This document shows, piece by piece, positions 29,799-42,723 of a DNA stretch of 64,000 bases; the first letter of the stretch is position 1, and each line of letters starts with the position of its first letter. A program made the translations under genes and the position numbers. The DNA comes from Octopus vulgaris. Lineage: Eukaryota. Below the pieces are notes generated by a model. The model did not search any database and was not told the origin of the DNA. It saw only the letters and a list, made by a program, of their open reading frames with translations. The stretch spans positions 31,744,001 through 31,808,000 of the forward strand of contig OX597834.1 in assembly GCA_951406725.2 (NCBI GenBank), written 5' to 3'.

Positions 29799-30282
29799 AG
29801 AACCCTCCAATACCATCCACATCCACCAACACTACCACCACCACCAGTAACCTTCACCTTCCAACAGCAACCAAAGCCAACCATAGATCCACTATGAAGT
29901 CACACAATCTGCTAGAAATAGCTGCCATATTGCCCTCAAATCACATCAAACTGTCTTAGAAGACGAACATGATTTATAACGTAATCCAGAGTTTCCTTGA
30001 CATAGGATGACAACAGGATGATCATTATTAGCTGGAATGACTATTATCATAGGTCTACTTGACCAGGATTAACCTAGGGCTAAACAACAACAGCCATAAC
30101 CACCTTTACCACAACTGCGCCTGGCTTCCACCACTACCGTCCTCCTCCACTACTACTCCTACCTAAACCACTTATACCACTGCCTTTTCTAGTGCAATAA
30201 ATGCTATAGTAATAATAGGAAAAAAATTGTATAAAAATTCTTTGATATTTGTAGTTCATTCAAAAAGTATCCAATTTTATAC

Positions 30283-30686
30283 TCTTACTCTTTTACTCTT
30301 TTACTTGTTTCAATCATTTGACTGCGGCCATGCTGGAGCACCGCCTTTAATCGAGCAACTCGATCCCGGGACTTATTCTTTTGTAAGCCCAGTACTTATT
30401 CTATCGGTCTCTTTTGCCGAACCGCTAAGAAACGGGGACATAAACACACCAGCATCGGTTGTCAAGCAATGCTAGGGGGACAAACACAGACACACAAACA
30501 CATACACATACATACATATATATATATACGACAGGCTTCTTTCAGTTTCCGTCTACCAAATCCACTCACAAGGCTTTGGTCGGCCCGAGGCTATAGTAGA
30601 AGACACTTGCCCAAGGTGCCACGCAGTGGGACTGAACCCGGAACCATGTGGTCGGTAAACAAGCTACTTACCACACAGCCACTCCT
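30283..30686 (-). mobile_element. SINE family A, young full-length copy
   Basis: Near-identical to 48428-48815. Confidence 0.85.
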
Positions 30687-30719
30687 ACCAAAACTAATAC
30701 CACGTGGGCAAAATCCTTT

Positions 30720-31250
30720 GGGTTGAAGATGTCGCCACCCTTCCTGTGTGTATGCTAAAATTTTTGCACTTGTAGGCCACTTCAGTTCCTGGCTGTCATG
30801 CCAGGAGCACAGACATGCCATGCACGCTTGTTGAATTTTTGTCTTCATGCAAGCTGACCAAACACGTCGAGCAGAAACCATGAACCCATGTTTCATCATC
30901 AGTGATGATGATCTTCATGAAGTCTGGGCAGTGGTTTGCACAGTCCAGCACATCCTGGGCAATTTCCTTGTGGAGCTGCTTCAGCCACTTTGCCAGCACC
31001 TTGGGAACAAACTTCACCAACACTCCCCCACATGCACAAATCATCTGTTAGAATGGAATGCTCTGATCCACTGCTTGTTCACGCTTTGTAAGCAACTTCC
31101 TGGATTGTTACATGATGGTCACTCTTCAATGTACTATGCTATGTCTTCCTTGGTCTTCCCTGCCGTTTTTTCCTTTTGGTGTCCATTCCATCACAATAGT
31201 ACCATGTCTCTCCTGTGGTAATCAAAAAACCGTTGTATAGTGAAACTATA
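30720..31250 (-). mobile_element. Mariner (DD34D-type) transposase fragment
   Basis: KFVPKVL..IAQDVLD..FMKIIITDDETWVHGF matches the mariner WVPxxL and ITGDETW motifs. Confidence 0.8.
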
Positions 31251-32379
31251 CACCCCTCCCGGTCAAAAGTGGTAGTAACCAGCCATTATAAATAGAGCTG
31301 GTAGAAACGTTAGCACACCAGGCAAGATACTTAATGGTATTTTGTCTGCCGTTATGTTCTGAGTTCAAATTCTGCCAAGGTCAACTTTGCCTTTCATCCT
31401 TTCAGGGTTGATTAAATAAGTACCAGTTATGCACTGGGGTCGATGTAATCGACTTAATCCATTTGTCTGTCCTTGTTTGTCCCCTCTGTGTTTAGCTCTT
31501 TGTGGGCAGTAAAGAAATAGGTATTTCGTCGTCTTTACGGTCTGAGTTCAAATTTCGCCAAGGTCAACTTTGCCTTTCATCCTTTCAGGGTCAATTAAAT
31601 AAGTACCAGTTACACACTGGGATCAATGTAATTGACTTAATTCCTTTGTCCTTGTTTGTCCCCCCTATGTTTAGACCCCTGTGGGCAATAAAGAAATAAT
31701 TATAAATAGAGCAGTAGCTGGTCAACAGGGATGGAGTTCACATTACAATAGCTAAAAATCTAACTATTCTTTTCTACTCTAGGCACAAGGCCCGAAATTT
31801 TGCGGGAGGGGGCCTGTTGATTAGATCGACCCCAGTATCCAACTGGTTCTTAATTTATTGACCTCAAAAGAATGAAAGACAAAGTCGACCTTGGAGGAAT
31901 TTGAACTCAGAATGTAAAAACAGACGAAATACTGCTAAGCATTTCACCCAGCGTGTTAACATTTCTGCCAGCTAAAATCTTACTAGTGTACATTTACAAT
32001 AATAGTCTTGGTAATTCATTTGTATACCTTTCAGCAAGTAATGTCCTACTAAATATTTTAGTAAACAGTCTATATAGGAAATATTTAAATACAAGAGAGA
32101 CAGTTAGTAATCAGAGATGTCCAAACTAAGTCAGTGTATAAATTTCCTCCGGACTATAATAATGATATAAAGAACTTTAATGAGGAGTAAATATTTTAGG
32201 GGGAATTAAGAATGTTATGAACTGAACGCAAAGAAATATCCAATTAAAAGTGAAGTAGGGTGGAAATTGCTTCTAAATTATTAAAGGCTAACGATAGTAA
32301 ATCTACAAACTTTGTCCAAGTAAATTCTAAATATCCTTTATGTTAGTAATACCTCATTAAGAATCTTTATTAGGGAAAT

Positions 32380-32600
32380 ATTTGAACACTTTTCTGGGGT
32401 AATGCAGGCATTTTGGGGTTAATTCTCTTCTATTATTCAATAGTTGGTGTCTTGAGGTAAAAATATGGAAGATTTCTTCCAAGCAGGTTACATTTTCTAC
32501 TCCCAATTTCATAGGGCAATGCCCTGCCTATTATTTCTTATTTGGTATCAAATTTAGTGTTTTTATCTTTTAAGGGCCATATAAATCCACTAAGGCTAGT
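32380..32600 (-). mobile_element. Penelope-like GIY-YIG endonuclease C-terminal remnant
   Basis: IWPLKDKNTKFDTK*EIIGRALPYEIGSRKCNL..EE..LLNNRRELTPKCLH. Confidence 0.6.
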
Positions 32601-32719
32601 GTTATACATACACATACATATAATGAAGTTGAAAGATAAGAAAGGGATTATTGAATTAAGAGGTGGGTGTAGGAATAGAAAGAAAAATATTCATCTAAAC
32701 CTGTTGGTGACAAGGTACC

Positions 32720-32965
32720 AAATTTAATGCAAAATCTCATGTTGGCTCTTTGTTCCAACTTCCTGTCCATGACAAAAATCACAGACTACAGCAGACACAC
32801 GTGATGACAAAAACAAATTTCACAACTTGTCAAGTAAACATAGTGATGTCACTCAGCAGACTGCCTCGTGAAGGTCACTGCTAGCTCTCACTGCACATGT
32901 GACCATGTGCTGCCATCTGTTGGTGTGCTACAGAACTAGCCCAGGAACTTTTTGGTGCTACCTCG
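32720..32965 (-). mobile_element. Mariner-related element end carrying a CTCF-like motif
   Basis: End CGAGGTAGCACCAAAAAGTTCC resembles the mariner MITE TIR at 55575-55601; CCAACAGATGGCAGCA at 32908-32923. Confidence 0.45.
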
Positions 32966-35749
32966 AAAGTGAGTGGTAGTATGGCTTGTTGTTTTCAATC
33001 GGGTGCTATTTCATTCTACCATTGCGAAATTTCAGTCGGAAATTCTGCTATTCCCTTCCTTCGGAAAGAAGAAAGAATTGGTTCCTTCCTTCGTTCTGAT
33101 GGTTTCTTGCCAATGTTTACACAACCAGTTCCAAAAGACGCTGGTGCCAAGTTGCAATTCATGCAGAAAAAAGACTGCATAAATCTTAGTTTTGCCTTCT
33201 TTAAGAAGAGATGAGAACAATAAAACACGAAACACTGTTTGGCATTTCAAAGTAAATAATATAAAACTACACACAGTATATACAGGAAATGCTGAGGCCA
33301 TAGGTTCAATCCCACTGCAAGGCACCTTGGGAAAGTGTCTTCTATTATAGCTCCAGGCCAACCAAAGTTTAATAAATGGAAACTGAAGGAAGCCCATTGT
33401 GTGTATGTATGTTCTTTTCTGTTTTCAATGATTTAAATTCTTCTTTTGAGTAAGGAGCTGGATTCTAACAAAGATATGAAACTCCATCTTTGGAATGTAG
33501 ATAACAAAAATAATCACATTTTAAACTTGGGAAAAGTCTTGAATATTTTTACTGTTCCACTTACAGATTGTATTTGCAGTGTGTGAGTTATTTGGTGGAT
33601 TTCTGTTTTTGGAAAATCCAAGATTATCCAGACTGTCAGACATTTACTCACAAATATATGTGCATTTATGTATTTATGTGTGTGTATGCATGTGGTTGTG
33701 GATAACATTGTCTAGACGTCACATGATGGCTGTAAATAAGCAAATTCATTCATTTCCAGTCTTCTGTGAAAAACATGTCAGGCCTTGGAAAAATATTACC
33801 TTGCATGGATACAAGTGAGTGTTGGTGACGGAAAGAGCATCCAGCCGTAGAATATCTGCCTCAACAAATTCCATTTGACCGATGTAAGCATGGGAAAGTG
33901 GACATTGAAATGGTGATGATGATATTTAGTTTAGTTTAGCCAAACAATCAGTATTTATGAGACGTCATAAGAGAAAATTATCAACACTTCGAACTTATTT
34001 TAATAATGAAAAAGACAGACACACTGACAGATCGGTCGATAGAGAGATAAATAGACAGAGAGATAGGAAAATAGATAGGTAGGTAGATAGACATACAGAT
34101 GACCAGACAGACAGATAGGCTAATGGGTTGATGGATGGATGGATAGACAAACAGACATATAGGGGGCTAGTCTGAGATATAGAGAGATAGAAGGGAGGCA
34201 GGTAAGTAGATAGGTAGGTAGATAGATAGATAGGTAGGTAGGTAGATAGATAGATAGGTAGATAGATAGATAGATAGGTAAATAGATAGATAGATAGGTT
34301 GGTAGGTAGATAGATAGATACAAGAATACATAGATTGATAGATAGGTATAAGAAAGAAACAAAAAATAGGAAAATGGGGAGATATAGATAACGAGAGGGA
34401 GGTGGAGAAGAGATTGTTAGACACAGAGAGACAGAGAGATCCTACCCATCACAGACCAAACATCTGTTTCCGTTCTGAGTAGACTCAGCATTTGTCCATC
34501 TTCAACTCCCCTAAAATAACACCAATCTGTGAAATTAGACAGCTGGGCCCATCTTTAATAAAGAATTTATCACATTCGGTGCTGCTCCTCTGATTCCAAA
34601 ACTGATATCATATCTTTTAAGAATTTCATTCACAGAGATTTTTACTTCTATTATAATCTCATTCTTTACCTTTCTTCATTTCTTGTCGTCTCTTTTCTTC
34701 CTTAATTTCTTTCCTTCTTTATCTCCATCTCTCTCCGTTTTACTTTCTCTCTCTCTCTCTCCCTCTCTCTTCTTCTCACTCTAATCCTTCTTTGTCTTTC
34801 TTTTATTTGGTCTATTTTTCTATCTTTCTCTCTTTTCTCTACTTTTTCCTTCTTCCTCATTTCTCTTTGCCCCCCCCTCTCTCTCTCTCTCTTAAATTCT
34901 AATCTTTCTTTTTTCTTTTATACAATGTATCTTTCTCTTTTTTCTTCAATTTTCCCTCTTTGTCCTCCTCCTCTCTCTCTCCTTCTCTCTCTTATGCTAA
35001 TCCTTCTTTCTGTGTTTCCTCCCCCTCCTCTCTAATTCTAGTCCTTCATTCTTTCCTTCTTTCTCCTTCACCTTCTCCTTGCCCTCTCTCTCCCCCTAAT
35101 CCTTAATCCTTTTCTCTTTTCTTCTTTCTCTCTCTTTTTATTCCTTTATTTTCCTTCCTTCTTTTCCTCTTCTCCTCATCCTGCCTTTTATGATTTCTTT
35201 CTTTCCTTACTTCCTTCCTTCCTTCCTTCAACTTCTTTCTCCCAGTCTCTTTTTATTCCCTTTCATTCTTGCCACTAATGACTTGCAACATTTATGAAGT
35301 TAATTAAAAAGGTGAATTATTAGTCATCAACATCATCACTAAACCCATCATCATCGTCGTCGTCATCATTATCACTATAACCATCATCACTATTATCATC
35401 ACTGCTACCACCACCACCACCATCATCATCATTTTAGTAATAGTAGTAGTGGTGGTGGTGGTGGTAGTAATAGTAATTTTATCATTGTTGTCATCATCAT
35501 CATCATCGTCGTCATTATTAATAATTCTTCATTAATTAGAGATTATGATCATTGATAAACATATTCTTTCCGGTCGTCCGTTCTTCGGCTGATGCGGCAG
35601 CATCTGGAGTGGTTCTCATTGCATTGATGGAGTGTTGAGACGGTGTGATGCAAAACAGTAATCGTGGTCATGGTGGACCGTTGACGATGCCAAGACGGAT
35701 GGTGGTGTGACAAAGATTATATTTCTACTTTCTACTTACATTACCACTT

Positions 35750-36171
35750 AGTATCACTTTTATTACTTAATTATTTGTTTAATCCACTTTGCCAACACTG
35801 TTATGCAAATTAGACATGTCAGTTTGGTTCAGTCTGAGTTTGTGTCCACTATAAATAGTAATAAGCTACTCTTCTCTCTGAGGACAGGAAATTAGTGACT
35901 GATCTCGGATGACGCATTAATAATTGCTGAAACTAGTCAAATTGAATTTATTTTTCTGGTAGCAGAAAGCAAAATCTTTTCATTTGATTCCAGTATGGTG
36001 TCTTTTTTTTCTACAAAGAAGTGGCTGTGTGGTAAGAAATTTGCTTACCAACCACATGGTTCTGAGTTCAGTCCCACTGCATAGCACCCTGGATAAGTGT
36101 CTTCTACTATAGCCTCAAGCCAACCAAATCCTTGTGGGTAGATTTGGTAGATGGAAACTAAAAGAAGCCCG

Positions 36172-36214
<43 letters not shown>

Positions 36215-37040
36215 TATGTGTGTGTGTCTGTATTTGCTGCCCCCGACTATTGCTTGACAACCAATGCTGGTGTGTTTATGTCCCTGTAACCTAGCAGTTC
36301 GGCAAAAGAGACTGATAGAATGAGTACTGAGCTTACAAAGAATAGGTTTGTTTGACTAAAGGCAGTGCTCCAGCATGGCCACAGTCAGATGATTGAAACA
36401 AGTAAAAGAGTAAGAGAATTTACTAAAACCACTTCCTCGTAAGTTTGCTAAACCTTTCTACTTATAAATAAATGAATTGTTTAATTCACTCTACCAATGC
36501 TTTGCAATACTGCAATGCAAGTTATTGCTTGGTCTGTGTTTGTGTCTACTATAAATAGCAATAAGTTACAATTCTCTCTAGGAACAGGAAATTCGTGATT
36601 GATCTGTGATAGAAGGATTAATAAAGATTGAAATTTTTCAAAATGATTTCTTTTTCTGATTACTGAGAACAAAATCACCCAGTGTGATTGGTTTGATCAC
36701 TCTGGTGTCTACTTTATGCTATGAGGCTAAAATAGAATAAAAAGCATTTACTAAAAACACTTGCTCATAAGTTTACGTTACATTTATACTTATAAATTAT
36801 TTAATTATTTATTTAATTCACTTGCACTGTTATGCAAGTTAGACAAGACAATTTAGCTAAGTTTATGTATGCTATAAATAGCATTAAGCTGTTATCCTCT
36901 CAGCAGGCAGGAAATAAATGAATGACTTATCTCTGATGAAGAATTAGTAAATGCTGAAACTAGTCAAATTAATTTCTTTTCCTGGTTTCATCACAGGGGA
37001 TGAAATCTTTTGGTTTGATGATTTTAGAGTCAACTTTGAG
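35750..37040 (+). repeat. Ancient three-copy ~320-bp tandem unit, interrupted by a SINE
   Basis: Aligned anchors CTATAAATAG at 35849, 36549 and 36872, each followed ~35 nt later by CAGGAAAT. Confidence 0.8.
36020..36416 (+). mobile_element. SINE family A, inserted in the triplicated unit
   Basis: Full head-to-tail homology to 50909-51271. Confidence 0.85.
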
Positions 37041-37259
37041 CAATAAAATATATAACTCTCATCCATATTGTTGCAAAATGAGCTGCTTAGCTTAAATAGC
37101 CATACACGTCTGCCTGTCGTCATCATCATTGTTTAACGTCCGTTTTCCGCGCTAGCACGGGTTGGACGGTTCGACCGGGGTCTGGGAAGCCAGGAGGCTG
37201 CACCAGGCTCCAGTCTGATCTGGCAGTGTTTCTACAGCTGGATGCCCTTCCTAACGCCC

Positions 37260-38350
37260 TTGGGATAAAACAAAGGAATCGTCACTGGATAGGAAAAGAC
37301 ATGCAAAATCAACTTCCAAGTGATAATATCACCAAAAACTTTAAAAATCAGCTGATTTACATAATCATAACAATGTGAATAACGAAACAAAATTATAGCA
37401 GATAAGCTTTGCAATAGATTAGAATGTTTAGCCAAAAGCAAAGTGTAGAACAGTCTCAAAGACCATAAGGTTTCCAAAGTACTTTACCTCTAATCCAAAA
37501 AGTAGATGAATTAGATGTTAATTAAGAGTAAGACTGGATTAATTATTTTTTTTAAATTATAATATTAATGGTATAATTAGAAAATTCACTAACCTTTGTT
37601 AACGAAAGAATTGCAGTGTAATTAGCTATTTTAAAAATATCAGCAATAAAGCTGAATGCAGTTTTCAATCAATTTGATACAGTAGAACATTATCCTCATC
37701 CTGTCTAGAAAATTGTTACTCACCAAGCTCTAAAAATTTTCAAGACATTATAAGGAAGGCAACAATAGCATAGAAATGATTTGCATGCAGGAAAATACTA
37801 GTTTTCAACAAAAACACTGCCTGACTAAAATTATAAAACAGACTCTACTAGTTTGTTTGATATCAGTATGGGATTGTTTAATAGTGTAGAGCAGTGGTTT
37901 TCAACCAGGGTTCCGCCAGTACAGTCCAGGGGTTCCGCAAGAAGTTACAAAACTGCTAAAATCGGCAGTAATTTTTAATTCTCCTGTGCAGATATGTGTG
38001 CATAAGACAATTAAATTATTGCACAGGGGTTCCTCGAGCCAGTGGAATGTTTCCTTGGGGTTCCGCTCCAGCAAAAAGTTTGAAAAGCACTGGTGTAGAG
38101 ATATGTGATCTAGTTGATTTATATTTTGGTTACATTTTATGGTGAATTCTTGATGAAAAACATAGGCCTGTATGAAGATGGTTGGTTGGCCAACACCGAT
38201 GCCCATCCATTAAACAAATTTAGAAAAGACTTAATTACTATCATCAATGATTTCAACATTAAAGTAACAATATCCGCATATGTTAGCACAGTTAATTTCT
38301 TAGACATTCATCCCATTTAAATACAAATAATTATAAGCCATACAGCAACC
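37260..38350 (+). mobile_element. Decayed Penelope-like element RT region, interrupted by the hAT MITE
   Basis: DNITK..IIADKL..RLECLAK..LKDHK; FDISMG..E|ICDLV joins across the MITE; GLYEDG..VNFLDI..YKPY. Confidence 0.65.
37892..38092. mobile_element. hAT (Charlie-like) MITE
   Basis: TIRs CAGTGGTTTTCAACC / GTTTGAAAAGCACTG; exact 8-bp TSD GTGTAGAG at 37884-37891 and 38093-38100. Confidence 0.9.
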
Positions 38351-38689
38351 ACAAGGCGTAGTCCTTGTTGTGTTGTGTTGTGGTTTGCTTGCATCTATGA
38401 CTCTGAGATCTCTTAGTGGGGATTATTATGCTGGACATGTCAAAGGGCTGAGACCAGATTAATAAGGACCACCTCTTCTCAGAGGTAAAAATGGGTTGCA
38501 TAGGGCTAACACTTCAACCTAGAAAAAAAAAATTTAAGTTACAGAAGCATGAAGGACAATTCAAAACCAACAAAAACAGAGAGGAAGGCCTTACCTCAGA
38601 GAAAACTATGGCACAGTACAGCAAAATCTGAGAGAAAAGCAGGGATCCAATTGGAGGGATTCCTAAAAGATAGCCCAGAGTCAAGAACA

Positions 38690-39182
38690 AGGTCCGAAAT
38701 TTTTGGGGAAGGGGGCTAGTCGACTAGATCGACCCCAGTATGCAACTGGTACGTAACTTATATATAACATATAAGATGTAATACAGACATGGGAAGGCGG
38801 CGAGCTGGCAGAAACGTTAGCAGGCCGGGCGAAATCCTTAGCAGTATTTCGTCTGCCATTACGTTCTGAGTTCAAATTCCGCCGAGGTCGACTTTGCCTT
38901 TCATCCTTTCGGGGTTGATAAATTAAGTACCAGTTACGCACTGGGGTCGATGTAATCGACTTAATCCGTTTGTCTTCTCTGTGTTTAGCCCCTTGTGGGT
39001 AGTAAAGAAATAGGTTCTTAATTTATCAGCCCCAATTCCAAAAGGATGAAAGGCAAAGTCGACCTTGGTGGAATTTGAACTCAGAGCGTAAAGATGGACG
39101 AAATACTGCTAAGCCTTTTGCCCGGCGTGCTAAGCATTCAGCCAGCTCGCCGCCTTCCCATGTCTATATTATATCTTATATG

Positions 39183-39189
<7 letters not shown>
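38690..39189. mobile_element. Nested, inverted pair of SINE family B copies
   Basis: A plus-strand copy (38796-39015) sits inside a minus-strand copy (38690-38755 plus 39017-39154). Confidence 0.8.
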
Positions 39190-39228
<39 letters not shown>

Positions 39229-39942
39229 CTATTTTCTATCTATATGATATCAGGGGATACAAAGTGAGTCATGCTAGATCAGTTGCCCCTCCCCACCTAT
39301 GCCCATCACCTTCCGCTCCTGACAAAAGTTTGGGTAGAAGCGGGTGGGGATAACAAAAAAAATCAGAGTAAATCTATGTGGTGGTGGTGGTGTTGCTATT
39401 GTAGGCAGTGATGATGGTGGTGAGGAGGATGAAGATGATGGTCATGGTGGTGATGACGATGATGATGATGATGATGATGGTTGCAGTGATGGTTGTTACG
39501 TTGGGGATGGTGCTGGTGATAGTATTGACAACAGTGAGGATAATTGTGGTTGTGGGGGTTGTAGTAGTGGTGATGGTGGTGAGGATAGTATTGTAGTGTT
39601 GGTGGTGGTGGAGGATGGCTTGTGTCAGTAGTGATGATGACAGTACTGTAGCAACGGAAGTGGTGTTGAGGGTGATGTTAGTACTAGTAATGGTGGTAGT
39701 TGTATTGACAGTGGTGGTGGTGGTGGTGGTGAAGTTGTAGTGATCATGGCGTGGTGGTGGTAGTGGGGATTTCACAGCAGCTACTGTGGAAGCAATGGTT
39801 GATTGTTACAACAAAGCGATGGTGGTGGTGGAGATGGTGACAATAGAAATCAGGGATGGTGGTGGTGGTGGTGGTGGTAATTGTAAGTAAACAAGACCCC
39901 AAAAACAAAGAGAGAGAGAATTAGGAAGAAGACAAGAGGAAT

Positions 39943-39991
<49 letters not shown>

Positions 39992-41209
39992 TGGGGGGGA
40001 CCCATCCCTTACCCACCCTGTTATTCTGTCTCTCAGTCACCCATCTTTAATATCTCACCCACTTAGCCTGCTGTTGTGTCTCTCCTCCTTCTTTGTGCCT
40101 CTGCTCCCCCATCACACACTGTGCCTCCCCCCTCTCTCTTAATTCCCTTGCTGAATATTGATATATTCCATAATCCACAAAAAAGGGGTGAGTGGGTGCT
40201 GGTATGGGCGGACAGGGGATGAGGTGGGTGGGTGAATGTGCTTTGTCTTATTTATTTGTTTACTTTATTTATTTATTTTCTTGGTAATTATTTTGGGTTC
40301 ACCTTCTGCACCTCTATCACCACCACAACCACCACCAATATCAACATCACCAACACCATTGCCTCCACCACTACCACTTTCACCGTGCACCCCATCACCC
40401 ACTATTGTCTTTGTCCTTCCCTAAAAGCACACAAACCCTCATCACTACCACCACCTTCATGCCCACCCACATAATTATCCTTACCTTTTCCATTCCACCA
40501 GAGCTACCCCTTAAAAATTACCTCCAACACAACCACCAGCACCACCATCTTCAACACCATTACCGATACCAGTAGTAGCACTATCACCACCAATGTCCAC
40601 CACCAATGTCCACCACCATAGATATCAATACCATCACCACCACCACCACCGTGATGACCACTACTGCCACCATCACCACCACTCCCATTGCTAGTGCTAC
40701 CACCACCTCCCCCACTGCCATCACCATGAACACTTCTTCCACCTTTTATATATCTATATGGTCCCACAATCTTCTCTGCACTCCTCCAATCCATCCCCTT
40801 CATCCTCTGCATACCACCTCCACTTTTGTCCACATCACCTCCATCATCACCACCACCTCCACCACCACCATCATCTGACACACAATACATGCGCCTCCTG
40901 TTCCGTTAGATTATGATCCATTCTCTCTCTCTTCCCCTTACCCTTTCTGCCTTATATTTTTGCACATATACATACACATAAACACATATAACCACACAGA
41001 CATATATGCACAAACACATTCACAGCACATACACACACACATACACACGTATCAATATATATATATAGATACGTATGTCCATAAACACGCCAAGCACACC
41101 GAGTCACATTGTGACAGATGCGTGTAAAAACATGCAAACATATGCAAACTGCCTTGATTTCTTCAATTTTATAGTCAACGTGCATGAAAAGGTATGTATA
41201 TATATATAT

Positions 41210-41450
41210 CTTCTTCTAACCGCTCAGTTGAAGTCGACTCTCGGTCACTCGTTGGATCAGTGTCCTCCAGTCAGTTCTATCCTGGGCCACTTCCTTCAGA
41301 TTGGCCATGTCCATTCCGGTATCACTCTTGATGGTGTCAAGCCAGCGGGTTCTTGGTCGGCCTCTTCCTCTCTTGCCACTGACCATTCCGAGCATGATGT
41401 CCTTCTCCAGGGATTTTCTTCGCATAATATGACCGAAATATGGTGATCCT
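41210..41450 (-). mobile_element. RTE/BovB-like LINE 3' end
   Basis: LEKDIMLGMVSGKRGRGRPRTRWLDTIK..AQDRTDWRTLI followed by a GAAGAA tail. Confidence 0.85.
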
Positions 41451-41525
41451 AGCTTATATATATATATATAATAAGAAATATTGAATTTCTAAATCTCTCG
41501 TAGAGACATGTACGGTGGTGGGGCG

Positions 41526-41728
41526 ATAGAATGGTTGTATACTGTCAATCTAACAAGAACGTGACAGTAGGGGTTTCACCACCGCTGTATAGCCCTAGGA
41601 AGCATCGAACGCCTCCTGATAGGAAAAAATGTGTCAAAGCTATCAGGAGGCGTTCGATGCTTCCTAGGGCTATACAGCTGTGGTGTACCCCCTACTGTCA
41701 CGTTCTTGTTAGATTGATAGTATACAAC

Positions 41729-41736
<8 letters not shown>
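41526..41736. mobile_element. Foldback/hairpin element (MITE-like), ~97-bp arms and 17-nt loop
   Basis: 41526-41622 is the reverse complement of 41640-41736 with about 4 mismatches. Confidence 0.85.
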
Positions 41737-41778
<42 letters not shown>

Positions 41779-42093
41779 CACATACATATACATTCATATA
41801 TAAATTCACACAGACACACACACCCACATAGATCCATACATGCATGCAGTTATATAAATAAATATATAGGTATATAATGATTGTTCAAAATCCCCAGATG
41901 ATGGTTGGTTTTTGTCATCATGAAATAATCAAAGTATTCATCAATAAAAACGCTCCTGAAACAGCTGTTGTGACTTATTACACTCCATTTGTGTCATTCA
42001 TTTAGACAAGCGCCATACTTAAAAATACCCTCAGGCTGGATCTCTAATCTATATTGGATCAGATACCTATGTCTGTGTGTATATAGATACATG

Positions 42094-42130
<37 letters not shown>

Positions 42131-42361
42131 GGTTGGCGTTAGGAAAGGCATCCTGCTGTAGAAACTCTGCCAGATCAGACTGGAGCCTGGTGCAGCCATC
42201 TGGCTCGCCAGTCTTCGGTGAAATCGTCCAGCCCGTGCCAGCATGGAAAGCGGACGTTAAACGATGATGATGATGATTATATAATATAAATATATATATA
42301 TATAGAAGAGAACAAGGTGTACGTTACGCCGCAATAATTTATGTATAAAAAATATATATGA

Positions 42362-42573
42362 AAATACAAGATGGGACAAGGACGCAAAACATTCAAATAG
42401 ACGACACAAAAAAAGAGGAACGGGTCATTCGAAGCCTCTAATCTTCAGTCAAGAACCAGCGAAATTACGAGGATGATCCGGTTCTTGACTGAAGATTAGA
42501 GGCTTTGAATGACCCGTCCGTATTTTTGTGTCGTCTATTTGAATGTTTTGTGTTCTTGTCCCATTTTGTATTT
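42362..42573. repeat. Long inverted repeat (~95-bp arms), probably foldback of a retroelement terminal repeat
   Basis: 42362-42457 vs 42480-42573 are reverse-complementary. Confidence 0.8.
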
Positions 42574-42591
42574 ATATATATATTTTTTATA

Positions 42592-42641
<50 letters not shown>

Positions 42642-42723
42642 CACATACACACACACATACATGCTTGACTGTTGTTATCTGTAGATTTATTCCAGGAACT
42701 TTGCAGTGGCAGTTGGGGTTAAT

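Noticed and set aside
35565-35720. Small GC/CpG-rich island as a coding exon
   Set aside because: Plus-strand frames hit stops, and the minus-strand frame read gave no recognisable motif or splice sites.
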